Source of the DNA: Podarcis erhardii
Taxonomy: Eukaryota
Assembly (NCBI GenBank): GCA_964252035.1
Contig: OZ176208.1
Length of the DNA: 64,000 bases
Strand: one strand, 5' to 3'
A program made the position numbers and the translations under genes. Within the stretch, counting starts at the first letter, position 1; each line of letters opens with the position of its first letter. Shown piece by piece: positions 1 through 12,147 of the stretch. Below the pieces are notes generated by a model. The model saw only the letters and a program-made list of their open reading frames with translations, did not search any database and had not been told where the DNA came from.

Positions 1-437
1 AAAAATTGGTTATGGGGTGCTTTGCAAAGAATAAGTTAACACAGAATACATAATAAATGCACTAAAGCAATTATAATAAATTACAGAACCAGCATAATTA
101 AAAACACCATAAAAATGACCGAACCAATTAGCTGCTAAAAGCTGGGTGGAAAATATGGCTTATCTAATGGCATGGGAAAGGATACAGAGCTGGTGAGGGA
201 CACACCTCTAATGCATTAGTTGATCCAGTTGAAGTCAGGTATAGGTACTCCTTCCCATTAAGGAAACCTGTGCCTTAAGCAACAATCATGGTTCTAGGAG
301 TTTCCCCAAACTATGAACAGTCTTGCCCACCCAAAAGGCAGGATGGGGTAAGCTCAGGATGGGGAAGCAGGACACACACCTTCACTTTTCCCTTGCAACG
401 AGAAGAGTGCAGCAATAGATTCCAGAGAGGGTATTAA

Positions 438-638
438 CCAATCCTCTAGGGGCGGAGGGCACAGTTTCCATCACTGGGAACAGACCATGAGCTCAGTCCA
501 CAGTCTCACAAAGCCTGAAAGTCTCATGAGTAAACTCATCTTACCCCATCTATAAAAGCCTGGTGAGTTGGCGTGCCACCCTATTGGGACAGCTCCATTG
601 CTTCTGCACAGTCCCATGCAGCTCCACTGCTTCTGCAC
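438..638 (+). promoter_or_regulatory. LTR-like or promoter-like module: CCAAT, GC box, TATA box and a 20-bp direct repeat
   Basis: CCAAT at 438-442, GGGGCGGAG at 449-457, TATAAAA at 551-557, then CAGCTCCA(T/C)TGCTTCTGCAC twice (590-609, 619-638). No LTR termini or TSD could be established. Confidence 0.25.
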
Positions 639-849
639 TCTTTATCCCAAACTTGGACTCCATAAACTTGAACCTCTGCCTCTAGCCTGGCTAGGCTTGT
701 CTTTCCTGTCACCTAGCCTGAGTGTAAAGGGCCTCTGTCATGCTGGTCTGAACAGTGCCAGCCAGTGAGGGATGTCCCAGCCCTGCCATGTTAATGACAC
801 TGACCAGTACATGTATACTGTGCTTGATGCCTCCCTCCCAATGAGCCAC

Positions 850-1490
850 ATCAACTGTCCATGGAGGCGCAGGTTAATTCTGTGTCAGGGCAGCTGTCTA
901 CCAGCTCCATCTGGTACGCAGGCTGCCTTGCAAGAGTGGTGCATACTCTAGCGGGAGCACTTGGACTACTGCAATGCGCTCTACATGTGGCTACCTTTGA
1001 AGGTGACTCGGAAACTGCAATTAATCCAGAATGTGGCCGCTAGACTGGTGACTGAAAAGATCTTCATTGGCTCCCAGTACGTTTCCAAGCACAATTCAAA
1101 GTGTTGGTGCTGACCTTTAAAGCCCTAAACGGCCTCAGTCCTGTATACCTGAAGGAGCGTCTCCACCCCCATCATCCAGCCCAGACCAGACACTGAGGTC
1201 CAGCGCTGAGGGCCTTCTGACGGTTCCCTCGCTGCATGAAGTGAGGTTACAAGGAACCAGGCAGAGGGCCTTCTTGGTAGTGGTGCCTGCCCTGTGGAAC
1301 ACCCTCTCAGCAGATGTCAAGGCAATAAGCAACTATTTTACTTTTAAAAGGCAACTGAAGGCGGCCCTGTTTAGGGAAGTTTTTAATGTTTGATGCTGTA
1401 TTGTTTTTAATATTTGGTTGGAAGCCGCCCAGAGTGGTTGGGGAAACTCAGCCAGATGGGCAGGGTATAAATAATAAATTATTATTATTA
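850..1490 (+). mobile_element. L2 LINE 3' fragment (5'-truncated, degenerate)
   Basis: ORF MEAQVNSVSG... matches the L2 copy at 61.9 kb. It carries the ttcaaagtgttggtgctgacctttaaagcc (FKVLVLTFKAL) motif and the L2 3' end ggaagccgcccagagtgg...ataaataataaattattatt. Confidence 0.9.
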
Positions 1491-1797
1491 TATAACTGTG
1501 ATAGCAACTTCCAGCATTGTCCAGCACTGCCATGTGCCCTACCATACTGTGACTGGGCCCAGTGTAAATGATCATCAGTGAAGCTACATAGAAAGAACCC
1601 TTTCAGCGTTCTCAGAGCAATGTGAGAGCAACTTGCAATGTCTGTACCACTGACCACTACACTCCAGGTTGGGCGTCCCCACCAGGTTATGATCTGAGGA
1701 CACACAAGCACATACCTTGGTGGTGCTAAGTAAAGCTGAGTCTGGTCAGTGGCTGAATGGGAGACCTAGCAACTCTTTGTTTGCTGCCTTGAGTTCC

Positions 1798-2062
1798 AAG
1801 AAGGAAGAAAGAAGAAGAAGAGTTTGGATTTGATATCCCGCCTTTCACTCCCTTTAAGGAGTCTCAAAGCGGCTAACATTATTCTCCTTTCCCTTCCTCC
1901 CCCACAACAAACACTCTGTGAGGTGAGTGGGGCTGAGAGACTTCAAAGAAGTGTGACTGGCCCAAGGTCACCCAGCAGCTGCATGTGGAGGAGCGGAGAC
2001 ACGAACCCGGTTCCCCAGATTAGGAGACTACCGCTCTTAACCACTACACCACACTGGCTCTC
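1798..2062 (-). mobile_element. tRNA-derived SINE, Squam3-like
   Basis: The minus strand starts gagagccagtgtggtgtagtggttaagagcg (A box) with gggttcgtgtctcc (B box), has a CORE-like gggtgaccttgggccagtcac segment and a (CTT)n tail. A near-identical copy lies at 35600-35853. Confidence 0.85.
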
Positions 2063-2876
2063 TAGGTGGGGTATACATGCACTAAATAATATATATGTGT
2101 GGAAGTGGGTCTTAACCTAAAATTGCTATCATGAGAGGAACCAGAAAGTCCATTACTTAAAACACTTTAAAAACAAAGCTAAATTATATATTAGAAGGAG
2201 CAGTTAAATATTTAGGTTCTGGATGACAACAGAAAGCTTATTAAAATCAACTTCCAAGAAGCTGTAGATGAAAATCTCAATCTCTCTCTCTCTGTCCCCC
2301 ATGTGATTGAATGATCCTTGCTATCTCAGAGGAAACTGACATTTTGCTGGTGTTTCATCAGATTAAACCTACCGTGCGTCACATTGTGATAAAGGAAATC
2401 CAGTTCACCTCCAAATATGAATGAAAGTATAGTGTTATAATTTAAATTCTGTTGTAACCATTGACATGCGGGGTTTTTTAAAAAATCAGATTGTGACTTT
2501 TACAGCACAGAAAGAATTCTGGGGCATCCAACTCTGTAGCCTTCAATGCCTGTCAGATGTGATCTTCCTGTGTGTATGAATGAATATGTTAAATCAAAAC
2601 CACACTGGGGTCCAGAAAGTAAAATAACATTCAACACACAACCAAATAAATCTCTATGGGTTGCAATTCCTGCAGCCCAGTTCTGTGCATTATATACTTG
2701 CAAGTAAGTCCCAGTGTATTAAATAGGATTTAACCTGAGTTGAATAGCACTGCCGCCTTAGAATAACTCTGGGAAAGTTCTGAAAATGTGTTCTGACTGA
2801 TCTCTAGGAAATCCAGAGAACCCAAATGTTCAGGCCTCCCTGATATTTTCAATAGTGACATATCGGTTATAGAATC

Positions 2877-3312
2877 ATAGAATCATAGAGTTGGAAGAGA
2901 CCACAAGGGCCATCGAGTCCAACCCCCTGCCAAGCAGGAAACACCATCAGAGCACTCCTGACATATGGTTGTCAAGCCTCTGCTTAAAGACCTCCAAAGA
3001 AGGAGACTCCACCACACTCCTTGGCAGCAAATTCCACTGTCGAACAGCTCTTACTGTCAGGAAGTTCTTCCTAATGTTTAGGTGGAATCTTCTTTCTTGT
3101 AGTTTGGAACCATTGCTCCGTGTCCGCTTCTCTGGAGCAGCAGAAAACAACCTTTCTCCCTCCTCTATGTGACATCCTTTTATATATTTGAACATGGCTA
3201 TCATATCACCCCTTAACCTCCTCTTCTCCAGGCTAAACATGCCCAGCTCCCTTAGCCGTTCCTCATAAGGCATCGTTTCCAGGCCTTTGACCATTTTGGT
3301 TGCCCTCCTCTG
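2877..3312 (-). mobile_element. CR1 LINE 3' end (young, 5'-truncated)
   Basis: ORF 2947-3294 ([32 protein letters not shown]...) is the CR1 ORF2 C-terminus. (ATTCTATG)-type tail. Nearly identical to the 34094 copy. Confidence 0.95.
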
Positions 3313-4689
3313 AAGCTGGTTCTCTGAAGCTGGCCTCCAGTTGACCTAGAAATGACCCAAAATCTCTCCCAGCCCTTTTTTGCTAGAGCCAATTTGACTG
3401 GGTAGGGACAAGGGCTCAGAATAAATACCTGCAATGTATCTCCTCTCCTTGAATATTGTAAGACTTTGGAATGGGGGAAATGTCTGGTTAAGGGTTAAGT
3501 ATCCACCCCCTTCTCCTAATGCTGTTCTCTTTGCCAAAGTTGGGCCCAGAGGGGCTTCATTAAACAAGTTTGTGTGCCAGTTGTAGCTTAGCCCTTTGCC
3601 TGCCATTTGTTTCTACCGTTATCTGGTAGTAAGTAAACTATATGATCAAGCTCCTAAGAGGGAAATCTAAAAGACAGAAAACCAAAGCACACTATGATCA
3701 TTCTGTGTACAAATGTACTGGAAAAGGCAAGTAGCCTACAGAAGATGCTTCAGTGTGGCACTCCTTTCCCCCATGACTTGATGAATCAATCTATATAGAC
3801 TGCCATCCCCCTTTGTAGGCAAAGGATGCAGCTACCCTTTAATACCTTGTGTAGAAACGGATATAAATATTTTTTCGCCCTTTGTTTTAGTTCATATCTT
3901 TTTATTAGCAGTGCTGTTTATTGATCCATCTTTCTCACCCCCCACCCACCAACATTTCTCTTTAGTGTTTCCACACAATGGGGATTGTCTTTTCATTTTT
4001 ATGGCTAATTAATAAACTTAGAGTTTCTGACTAGATTAAAACTTGTTTCTCTGATATCCTTTGGGTTGCATTTGTTTGTTTGTTTTCAAAATGAGTTATT
4101 TTCTTTTTTTTTATGGAGGAGAAGGGAGAAGAAAGCAGCTGTCAATTAGATTTTAGAGCTCAGCTCTCCCAGAGGCATTAATTTTGTCAGCTTTGCAGTC
4201 AGAACTGTCGGCGGACTGATCGCCCAAGGTCAAATGGCCGTCGTCTTTGGAAAGTAAACAATGCATCCTCCCCATGTCTTCTGACAGGAAACCAATCATT
4301 TCCAGCTGAAGGGATCTGGAGGATGTGTGAAAGGTGCATGTGCTTATGCACATGGGGCTGTGCGTTAAGATAGCAGCTTTTGCTTCTAACCTTAGGAAGC
4401 CAGCACTGCAGGATCAGACTAGTGGAGAGGCAAGCACTTCAACAATGGTGTTTTATGTTCTTCTTTCCTGCTGGAGGGGTGGGGTCAGAAAGACAGGGAT
4501 AAAAACTATGATAGAATGGGTGGGAAAGAGGATTTATTTGAGCGAGTGGTGGTGGTGGGGAATATATCATGAGTCTGTTCATCTCCCCCTGGAAAAATTG
4601 CTTGAAAGCAAACACACGTGGCTTTCTGGGTGTGAATAGATTAGCCCTTAGCACACCCGTCAGAAGTGGAATTGGCAAAGAGACAGATA

Positions 4690-5520
4690 GCCCCCCTGGA
4701 GGTATACAAATTGGATAAGAAAATTGGATTCCAGGTGGAAAAATCAAAATTAGAAACAGAATTGTTAGAACCCAAAACTAAAATTTTGTCAAGGATGTAT
4801 AACTTGCTGTTGAGATGGAATACTCAGGACGAAACGGTGAAGTCTGTTATGATTAAATGGGCACAAGACATAACATTATGTTTGCTGACTGGGAACAGTT
4901 GTGGACCACAGGTATGAAATTCACGGCATGTAATGCCCTAAGAGAGAATATTATGAAAATGATATACAGGTGGTACATGACCCCAGTCAAGCTTGCAAAA
5001 ATTTATCATTTGCCCGATAACAAATGTTGGAAATGTAAAGAGACTGAAGGAACATTCTTTCACCTTTGGTGGACATGCCCAAGGATCAAGGCTTTCTGGG
5101 AAATGATCTATAATGAAATGAAAAAGGTATTTAAATATACCTTCCTGAAGAAACCAGAGGCCTTTCTCCTGGGCATGGTCGGCCAATTGGTGCCAAAGAA
5201 GGACAGAACTTTTTTTATGTACGCCACAACAGCAGCAAGAATACTTATTGCAAAATATTGGAAGACACAAGATCTACCCACTCTGGAAGAATGGCAGATG
5301 AAGGTGATGGACTATATGGGACTGGGAGAAATGACCGGCAGAATCCGAGACCAGGGAAAAGAGTCGGTGGAAGAAGATTGGAAGAAATTTAAAGACTACT
5401 TACAGAAATATTGTAAAATTAATGAATGTTAGAATGATGTTGGACAGAAATTAAGCAGTTTCCAGCTGTAACGCTTAAGAGACATGGGGAAAAAAAAGGT
5501 TTAGAAATAAGTAAAAAGTA
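4690..5520 (+). mobile_element. L1-clade LINE 3' fragment (ORF2 C-terminus, frameshifted)
   Basis: ORFs 4666-4917 and 4857-5432 overlap by a frameshift. They carry the Cys-rich motif CWKCKETEGTFFHLWWTC and the WKTQDLPTLEEW...W..F motif typical of the L1 ORF2 end, followed by an A-rich 3' region. Confidence 0.9.
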
Positions 5521-5686
5521 ATGGTGAGGATTTGGGATGGCCTTGTGACGTGTATACATATTTACTAGTTTATCATGTGCAGTCACTTGTGGGATGGGAG
5601 CTGTCTTCAGTAAATGGGACAGGCTTGCTGTGGAGCACATGGGATTTAGATGCTGCAGCACTCTTTCATTTCATGTACCTTAGATA

Positions 5687-6139
5687 AAGGGGTGAAGGAA
5701 GGCTCTCCGGTATCCGGGGCGGGGTGTTGAGGGACAGGGTGGGGGCAGGACAAACTGCCCGGCGGTACATGTACAGCACCGCTATGTATGGCACCTTTAT
5801 GTATGGCACCATCGTATGTGCGGTGTACAGGCAGTGACGGGATCCTCTGCTTGCGGAAGTGGCGGGATCCTCTGCTCACAGCTGCAGTGGGGTGGGGCAA
5901 ACCGCCCAGTGGTGCATGCACAGTGCCGCTATGTACAGCGCATGTGCTGCTATGTACAGTGGTGTCGTGCATGCACTGTATGGACGGCGGAGGGATCCTC
6001 TGCTCATGGCTGCAGCGGCGGCGGAGGGATCCAACACATGCGGCTGCGGCGGCACGATCCCCGCGGGGTGCCTTCTTGTCACTCCCCATCAGAGATGGCA
6101 CCCAGGGTGGTCCGCCCCTGCCCTCTTCCTCTGCCACTG
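5687..6139. mobile_element. GC-rich non-autonomous hAT-like MITE with internal repeats
   Basis: Right end ...ctctgccactg (reverse complement CAGTGGC), degenerate left end aaggggtgaag, and a candidate 8-bp TSD cttagata/cttaggta. Internal repeats gggatcctctgct (x3) and gctatgtacag. The many overlapping ORFs are a result of GC content. Confidence 0.55.
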
Positions 6140-7744
6140 CTTAGGTATAAGCTTCTTTGAACAGAGTAGGATTTATTTTCATACAAATATGCATATGATT
6201 GCACAGCCATTCACATTTTTACAAATAAAATTGCAGGCTGCCTGTTTTAGGAGCAGGGGCGAAGGTGTGTGTGTGAGGATATAAAGAACAATGGACAGAC
6301 AGACAGACAAAGATATAGAGAGATAGATGGATAGCTAGCTAGATAAGATATAGGCACTGGTATAAAGGTTCCTCAAAATGTCATAGCACAACTATGGAGA
6401 GGATGACCTCGTTCAAACTTGCAGCTTTTAAAAATGGCTCTATTGGCACCCCCACGCTTCACTATTATAGCAAGGGAGCACTCCTTAGCAATAATTGGGA
6501 AATAATATGTAGCAAATCAACAGGGGTGTGGGAGGAAAACAAGGTGGCCATGTGTTATATTTTACAGAAAGCAATTCTCTGTTTGATTTTGAAAGGCTAT
6601 TTGAAGAGCTGTCTGGTCCAACACCAGCTGGAAGCATAAGAAGAGAGAGCTTTGAAGTTAACCTGTGAACAGTAGGCTGAGCTAGCCCACAACTCACCTG
6701 GTCACAGACTTCATCAGTCTGGTGAGATGCCTTGTATTTCTTTTAAAATTAATTTTAAATCATAACAATCATGTCTAAAATTGGCATCTATTTAAATACA
6801 TTATCTCGGGTTGCCATACATCTGGATTTTCACTGTTTGAAATTCTTTTGTCCTCTTTAATGATGCATTTTCTCTTATTTGACATTGTGTTTCTTAAAGG
6901 AAGACTTGAATTACATCATAAGCACTATCCAATAGATGCTTGTGAGACCAGCGCAACCACATCCCACTACCATAAGAGGACCCAAAGGTCCATCAGGTTG
7001 AACATCATTGGTTGTCTCCAATGTTATACCCACTGTAATTGATGGGTATGACTAACTTAGGTTCAGTAACTTCAGCAGGTCAACTCAGAGTAAAACTTAG
7101 TTGGATACAGCATCCTACTTCCCTCAGTGACCAAGCAAGTGCTACTGGGAAGACCACAATCAGGACATGAAGGCAATAGCAACTGGTATGGTGAGGCACA
7201 TCACAGGCTGCAAATACCACCATGAGTGGTAGGTGGAGATAGACTTTTTGTCCATGAATTTGCCTTATACACTTTTGAATCCACTTATGCTAATGGCCAG
7301 CAAATTCCACAAACTGGTCATTTAAATAAGTGAAATGCTTCCTTGAAGTTTTCCCAGTCTTAACCAGAATACTGCAGTCGGAAGCAATGTCTGGGAGAAT
7401 ATCGGCCAACCCATGTCGGCAGTGTTGTTTTTGCTGATTTCCCCCCGAAACATAGCTCAACAAATTTGGGCAGACCTTTAAAAAGCTCATCAATTTTGCC
7501 AAAGAAAGCTCAACAACTTTTGTGTCCTGGTTTGAGGCCCTTGCCAATGGGCAAGCGGCGGCTGCGCATGTCCGAGAGGAGGAAGGGGGCTCAGCTGAGA
7601 GCATTTCTGGCAGTCCCTCATTGGAGCAAGCTGTTTGCCGCCATTGCTTGTGCTGCCACCGCCTGTGCCGCCGCCGCTCTGCTGAGCACGACTCCTGTGC
7701 CTGCCCTTGCGAGTGGCAGAGGCTGTCGGAGGATGAGGAGCCCA

Positions 7745-7845
7745 CTCCCAAAAAAGCTTGCTGACCCCTGGTCTTAGGCGACCCCTGTGAAAGGGTTGTT
7801 TGACTCCCAAAGGGGTCATGACCCACAGGTTGAGAACCGCTGATC
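7745..7845. mobile_element. hAT (Charlie-like) MITE end
   Basis: gcgacccctgtgaaagggttgtttgactcccaaaggggtcatgacccacaggttgagaaccgctg resembles the common hAT MITE terminus, followed by a tctagag-type target. Confidence 0.55.
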
Positions 7846-8740
7846 TAGAGGATACCAGGTTGGCAAAGCTGGTCTAGTCTCCTCTCCTTCCATTTTCAGC
7901 CAGGGGAACTACGCAGCTACAGCTGGTGGGTCTGAGGACTGGGACGCAAATGCTGGCAAATCAATGGGAGGGATGAGGGAGGGATGTGGAAATGTGCATA
8001 ACAATTTAGATTGAATTAGAGAGCAAATTAAGCTGTAATGGGCTCCCATTATGCTTATAAAATAGCACAAAGAATTCCAAGTTACAATTTACATTCTGAT
8101 TATTTCAATAGTTTACAAATTGCTGCCAAATGTCCACAAATGTAAATCTCAAATGCAATGAACCAGAGCCGAAACCTCCTCTTAAATGCCTGCAGAATTT
8201 TATCCCCTTTCATTTGTTCTCCCTGCTGCCTATGCAATTACCATCATGTGAGGGGTGTGAAGATAGTGTTAGGTGCCAGAACCTTGGGGCCTGGCATCCT
8301 ACGGCATATTTGCCTTTGCCTCCCACACCCCTTTGCTCTTACCCTCTTGTCTCCACTGAATATTGGGTGGCATGAGATCATACAACCTGGCTTTAATTGC
8401 AATGAAACAGCAAGCGATGAGCAAATTAGCAGCTTCAGAGGAAGTGCCAAACATGCAGGCCATGAAGGATCCTTATCTGGTTCTGCCCACAGAGCCCGTC
8501 CCCTAGCTAAAAGTGACTTTCTCCCTATGATAAATTAAGCTTGAGAGTCAAAGCTAGGCTGCATATCTGCAGCGGGAGCAGCAGAAAGAAGCGAGTCAAA
8601 AACTTGGTCCCCCAACATTTTCCGAGGAAGCTAACGAAAATGCTCACACCTTCCATTGGACCTCAATGAAAAACCTTTCTTCGCTTAGGTGCAGCTATGC
8701 GAGGCAAAAGTGTATTTAAGTAGATCTATTAAAGGTGTTA

Positions 8741-9791
8741 GGGATGCGGGTGACACTGTGGGTTAAACCACAGAGCCTAGGTCTTGCCGATCAGAAGGTC
8801 GGCGGTTCGAATCCCCGCGACGGGGTGAGCTCCCATTGCTCGGTCCCTGCATCTGCCAGGTACCGCTCCGGCGGGAAGGAGGAGCACCAGACTGGAAGGT
8901 GCTCTGGTGCTCAGCAGGATTGTGGCAGAGCACCTTCTGGTCTGGCACAAGGACTCATGCTAGAGCACCAGAACAAAAAATGGGAAATTCCAGAATCCAA
9001 ACAGAAGCCAGGATTGGCTTCGGTGATCCAGGATGTCCCACTTAAAATGGGACACTTAGAGGCAGGTATGGATTTGTTTCCCCAAGATGTAGCAATGGCC
9101 ACCAACTTAGATAGATTTAAGACAGGATGAGACAAATTAGATAAGGTTCTCTGTAGCTACTAACCCTTGTGTCTATGTTCTAGCTCTACCGTCAGAGGCA
9201 TTATGCTGCTTAAAGGCCAGCTGCTGGAAACCAGTCTATAAATTTAATCATATCAAAGCAATTTCCAGTTGCTGGGAATGTTCTGCAGCGGCTCCCAGCT
9301 TATAGAGTGCTCTCCCCAGGGAGGCTTGCCTGGTACCTTCATTACATACTTTAGGGGCCAGGCTAAAATATTCCTATCCTCCCAGGCCTCTGACTAAAGA
9401 AGCTATGGCTTTTAAACTTTTTTTGGGGGGGCGGGCTTTTTTAACATGTTATGCATGTTGGCGTTTTTATATCCTTTAGCACTCTGTGATCCTCAAATGA
9501 AGGGCAGTATAGAAATTTAATGAATAAATGAATGTTGCTGGGTCCCAGCTCCTGCCAACCTAGCAGTTCGAAAGCACGTCAAAGTGCAAGTAGATAAATA
9601 GGTACCGCTCCGGCAGGAAGGTAAACGGCGTTTCTGTGCGCTGCTCTGGTTCGCCAGAAGTGGCTTAGTCATGCTGGCCACATGACCTGGAAGCTGTATG
9701 CCAGCTCCCACAGCCTATAGAGCGAGATGAGCGCTGCAACCCCAGAGTCGGCCACGACTGGACCTAATGGTCAGGGGTCCCTTTACCTTTA
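8741..9791 (+). mobile_element. Chimeric Sauria SINE: SINE 5' head + about 650 bp genomic cargo + SINE 3' part, within a 15-bp TSD
   Basis: TSD ctattaaaggtgtta at 8726-8740 and 9792-9806. tRNA-like head at 8741-8879 (ggttcgaatcc B box). Cargo 8876-9540 is the reverse complement of 42771-43414. SINE body and accttt tail at 9541-9791. Confidence 0.9.
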
Positions 9792-10844
9792 CTATTAAAG
9801 GTGTTAATTAGCCATTTTAAGCTCTGCCACATCTCTTTCATTCTAAGCTCATGGACATAGGGTTTATTGTATTGATGTATCTTTTTCTTTTTTGAATCTA
9901 CTGAAGAATAAAATAAAATAAAATTGGGATTAAGCGGTTTTCTCAGGATAGTGGAAGGTGTGTGTGCCATGACCTTTTGGTGTAGTGGTGATGGAAATGC
10001 TCTGTGGGGAAGGTGTCAAGGAGGAGCCGTTGCAGAGAGTAAACACCCTGAGGAATGCTGGAGTGTACGTTCCTTACCTTTATGGTGTCCATATGTGCTG
10101 TGTCCATCACAGTGCAGGAAAATCCACAGAGGGAAGGGAGGCAGCAGGGGGACACATGGGAGGCCACAGAAGAAATCCCAAAGGGCTGCATGTGACCCCT
10201 GGGCCCCTGGTTCTTGACTTGTGGGCCCTTTTGTCTGATCCAGAAAGGCTCTTGTTTTCCAGTGTTTGCCACTTTCAGCCATGCTCTGCAAATCAGTCAT
10301 CTGCAGAACTATATTTTAAAGTTTAAAAAGAACACATGTGCACCATATTTTATGAAGGCATATTTGCGAAATGGGTCCAGAGAACAGATTCATTTTTATC
10401 TTATAAAAAAACCCCAATCAATGAATAAATAGATGTGCTAAATAATCTGCTCTGAAAGTCTCATGAACATTTATCACATTACATCCCTTAGAATTTTTGC
10501 TCATCGGTTCAGAAATTAAAATGCTTAATCTTTTCCTCTTGAGGTTTTATAAATAGTGGTGCTCTTCCTCAAATGTATCCAATTATTTTTATAATGTGTT
10601 TTATTGAAATATATATTTTAATAAATATGTAAAGTGTAGGTTAAAATACCTATGCATATTCACTGCATTCATAAGAGCTTTAGCTTAGCAGTGCTAATAT
10701 CCTAAGGCCTTTGGAGCAGGAGAATTCATGTATGAAGGAAGTATTTGTATACAAATCAGATCGTGGATTTTTATTTGTGTTATATTTATTTGTATATTTT
10801 CTCCATTATTATATGCTTGTTTCTGGAGCTCATATGGAGGGCTT

Positions 10845-11030
10845 GGAGTGTCAGATGAGGAGTGGTGAGACACCCAGGTTTCATTCAGCTATGAAGCTCA
10901 CCAGGTGACTTTGAACTCTCTCTCAGACAGATCTACCTCACAGGGTTGTGGGAAGGATAAAATGATGGAGGCAGGGGAGAGAACTCTGCATGATGCTCTA
11001 AGCTGGGTTTGTGTGTGTGTGTGCGAGCTG
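10845..11030 (+). mobile_element. Old CORE-type tRNA SINE (MIR/Squam3-like)
   Basis: atgaagctcaccaggtgactttg...ctacctcacagggttgtgggaaggataaaatga resembles the CORE/Squam3 body. Confidence 0.55.
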
Positions 11031-11179
11031 GAGAAAGGGCAGGATTAAAATGTAATGTAAGTCCCATTTGGGCGTTCACTGCCATTCAAGCACTAGAGCA
11101 AAGGCAGATCTTGGGGAGCATGACTGGTTTGGTTGCAATGGGGGCAGACATTCTGGGATACTGCAGCAGGAGTCACAAC

Positions 11180-11566
11180 TACGTTTCCAAGCACAATTGA
11201 AAGTGTTGGTGCTGACCTTTAAAGCTCTAAACGGCCTCGGTGCAGTATACCTGAAGGAGCGTCTCCACCTCCATCATTCTGCCCGGACACTGAGGTCCAG
11301 CGTCGAGGACCTTCTGTCAGTTCCCTCGCTACGAGAAGCCAATTTACAGGCAGAGGGCCTTTTCGGTAGTGGCACCCGCCCTGTGGAACGCCCTCCCACC
11401 AGATGTCAAAGAGAAAAACAACTACCAGACTTTTAGAAGACATCTGAAGGCAGCCCTGTTTAGGGAAGCTTTTAATGTTTCATGGGTTATAGTATTTAAT
11501 GTTCTGTTGGAAGCCGCCCAGAGTGGCTGGGGAAACCCAGCCAGATGGGCGGGGTATAAATAATAA

Positions 11567-11606
<40 letters not shown>
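11180..11606 (+). mobile_element. L2 LINE 3' fragment with (TTA)n tail
   Basis: RFQAQLKVLVLTFKALNGLG...MAPALWNALP motifs, the L2 3' end, and a (TTA)n run at 11568-11606. Confidence 0.92.
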
Positions 11607-11607
<1 letters not shown>

Positions 11608-11702
11608 ACTATAAAGTCCAACGGAAGGCAAAAGGTAGTAGGCGTGCTGGATATTGGCATTGTGCAGGGAGCCAATGAAATTTGAGATGCCAAGCTCTGC
11701 CA

Positions 11703-12093
11703 CTAACTAGAGTGTGCAAAAGAGATCTGTGCTGCCCCTGCCAGTGTGTAACTGCCATTGGGCATTCCACCAGCCATCCTCGCCCCACATCTGTGCAGTA
11801 ACATGGAGGTTTGCAAGGGGAAGCCACTGGGTGTAATCTGTGCATGCAATGTCTTCCATGTGATTGGGGACCCTGCATTAATGTTACAAAAAGAGGTTCT
11901 TTTTGGGTCCAAATTTTTAGCTGGTTCTTTAGGAGAAAGAAACACAAGTAGACCCAGGGAGTTGCAACTCAGCAAAACATTTTTATTGTACACATTAAAA
12001 TTGCATTCCCTAACACACACATTCTCAATCATACTCACCAACTCTACGCCAGTAGCTGATCAGGCCATGGCAAGAGGAACGGGGGGCAGGCAT
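11703..12093 (-). CDS. Hypothetical two-exon 92-aa ORF (exons 12093-12039 and 11926-11703), product unrecognised
   Basis: MPAPRSSCHGLISYWRRV, then a phase-1 112-nt GT-AG intron with acceptor gtttctttctcctaaag, then EPAKNLDPK...FAHSS*. No homology recognised. Confidence 0.12.
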
Positions 12094-12147
12094 TGCAGCG
12101 CTGGGAACCTGGCACACCTTTCCACTGGAAAGTCCCTTCTTTATATA
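12039..12147 (-). promoter_or_regulatory. Candidate minus-strand core promoter and first exon
   Basis: TATATAAA at 12147-12140, a GGGACTTTCC kB site at 12136-12127, and a strong donor TTG|gtgagtatg at 12039/12038. Confidence 0.4.

Noticed and set aside
5646-6284. Cluster of six overlapping ORFs of 68-163 aa
   Set aside because: They lie in a GC-rich MITE with internal repeats; low stop-codon density explains them and no protein motif is present.
7290-7826. 178-aa minus-strand ORF and overlapping ORFs
   Set aside because: GC-rich, open on both strands, runs into a MITE end; no recognisable domain or splice context.
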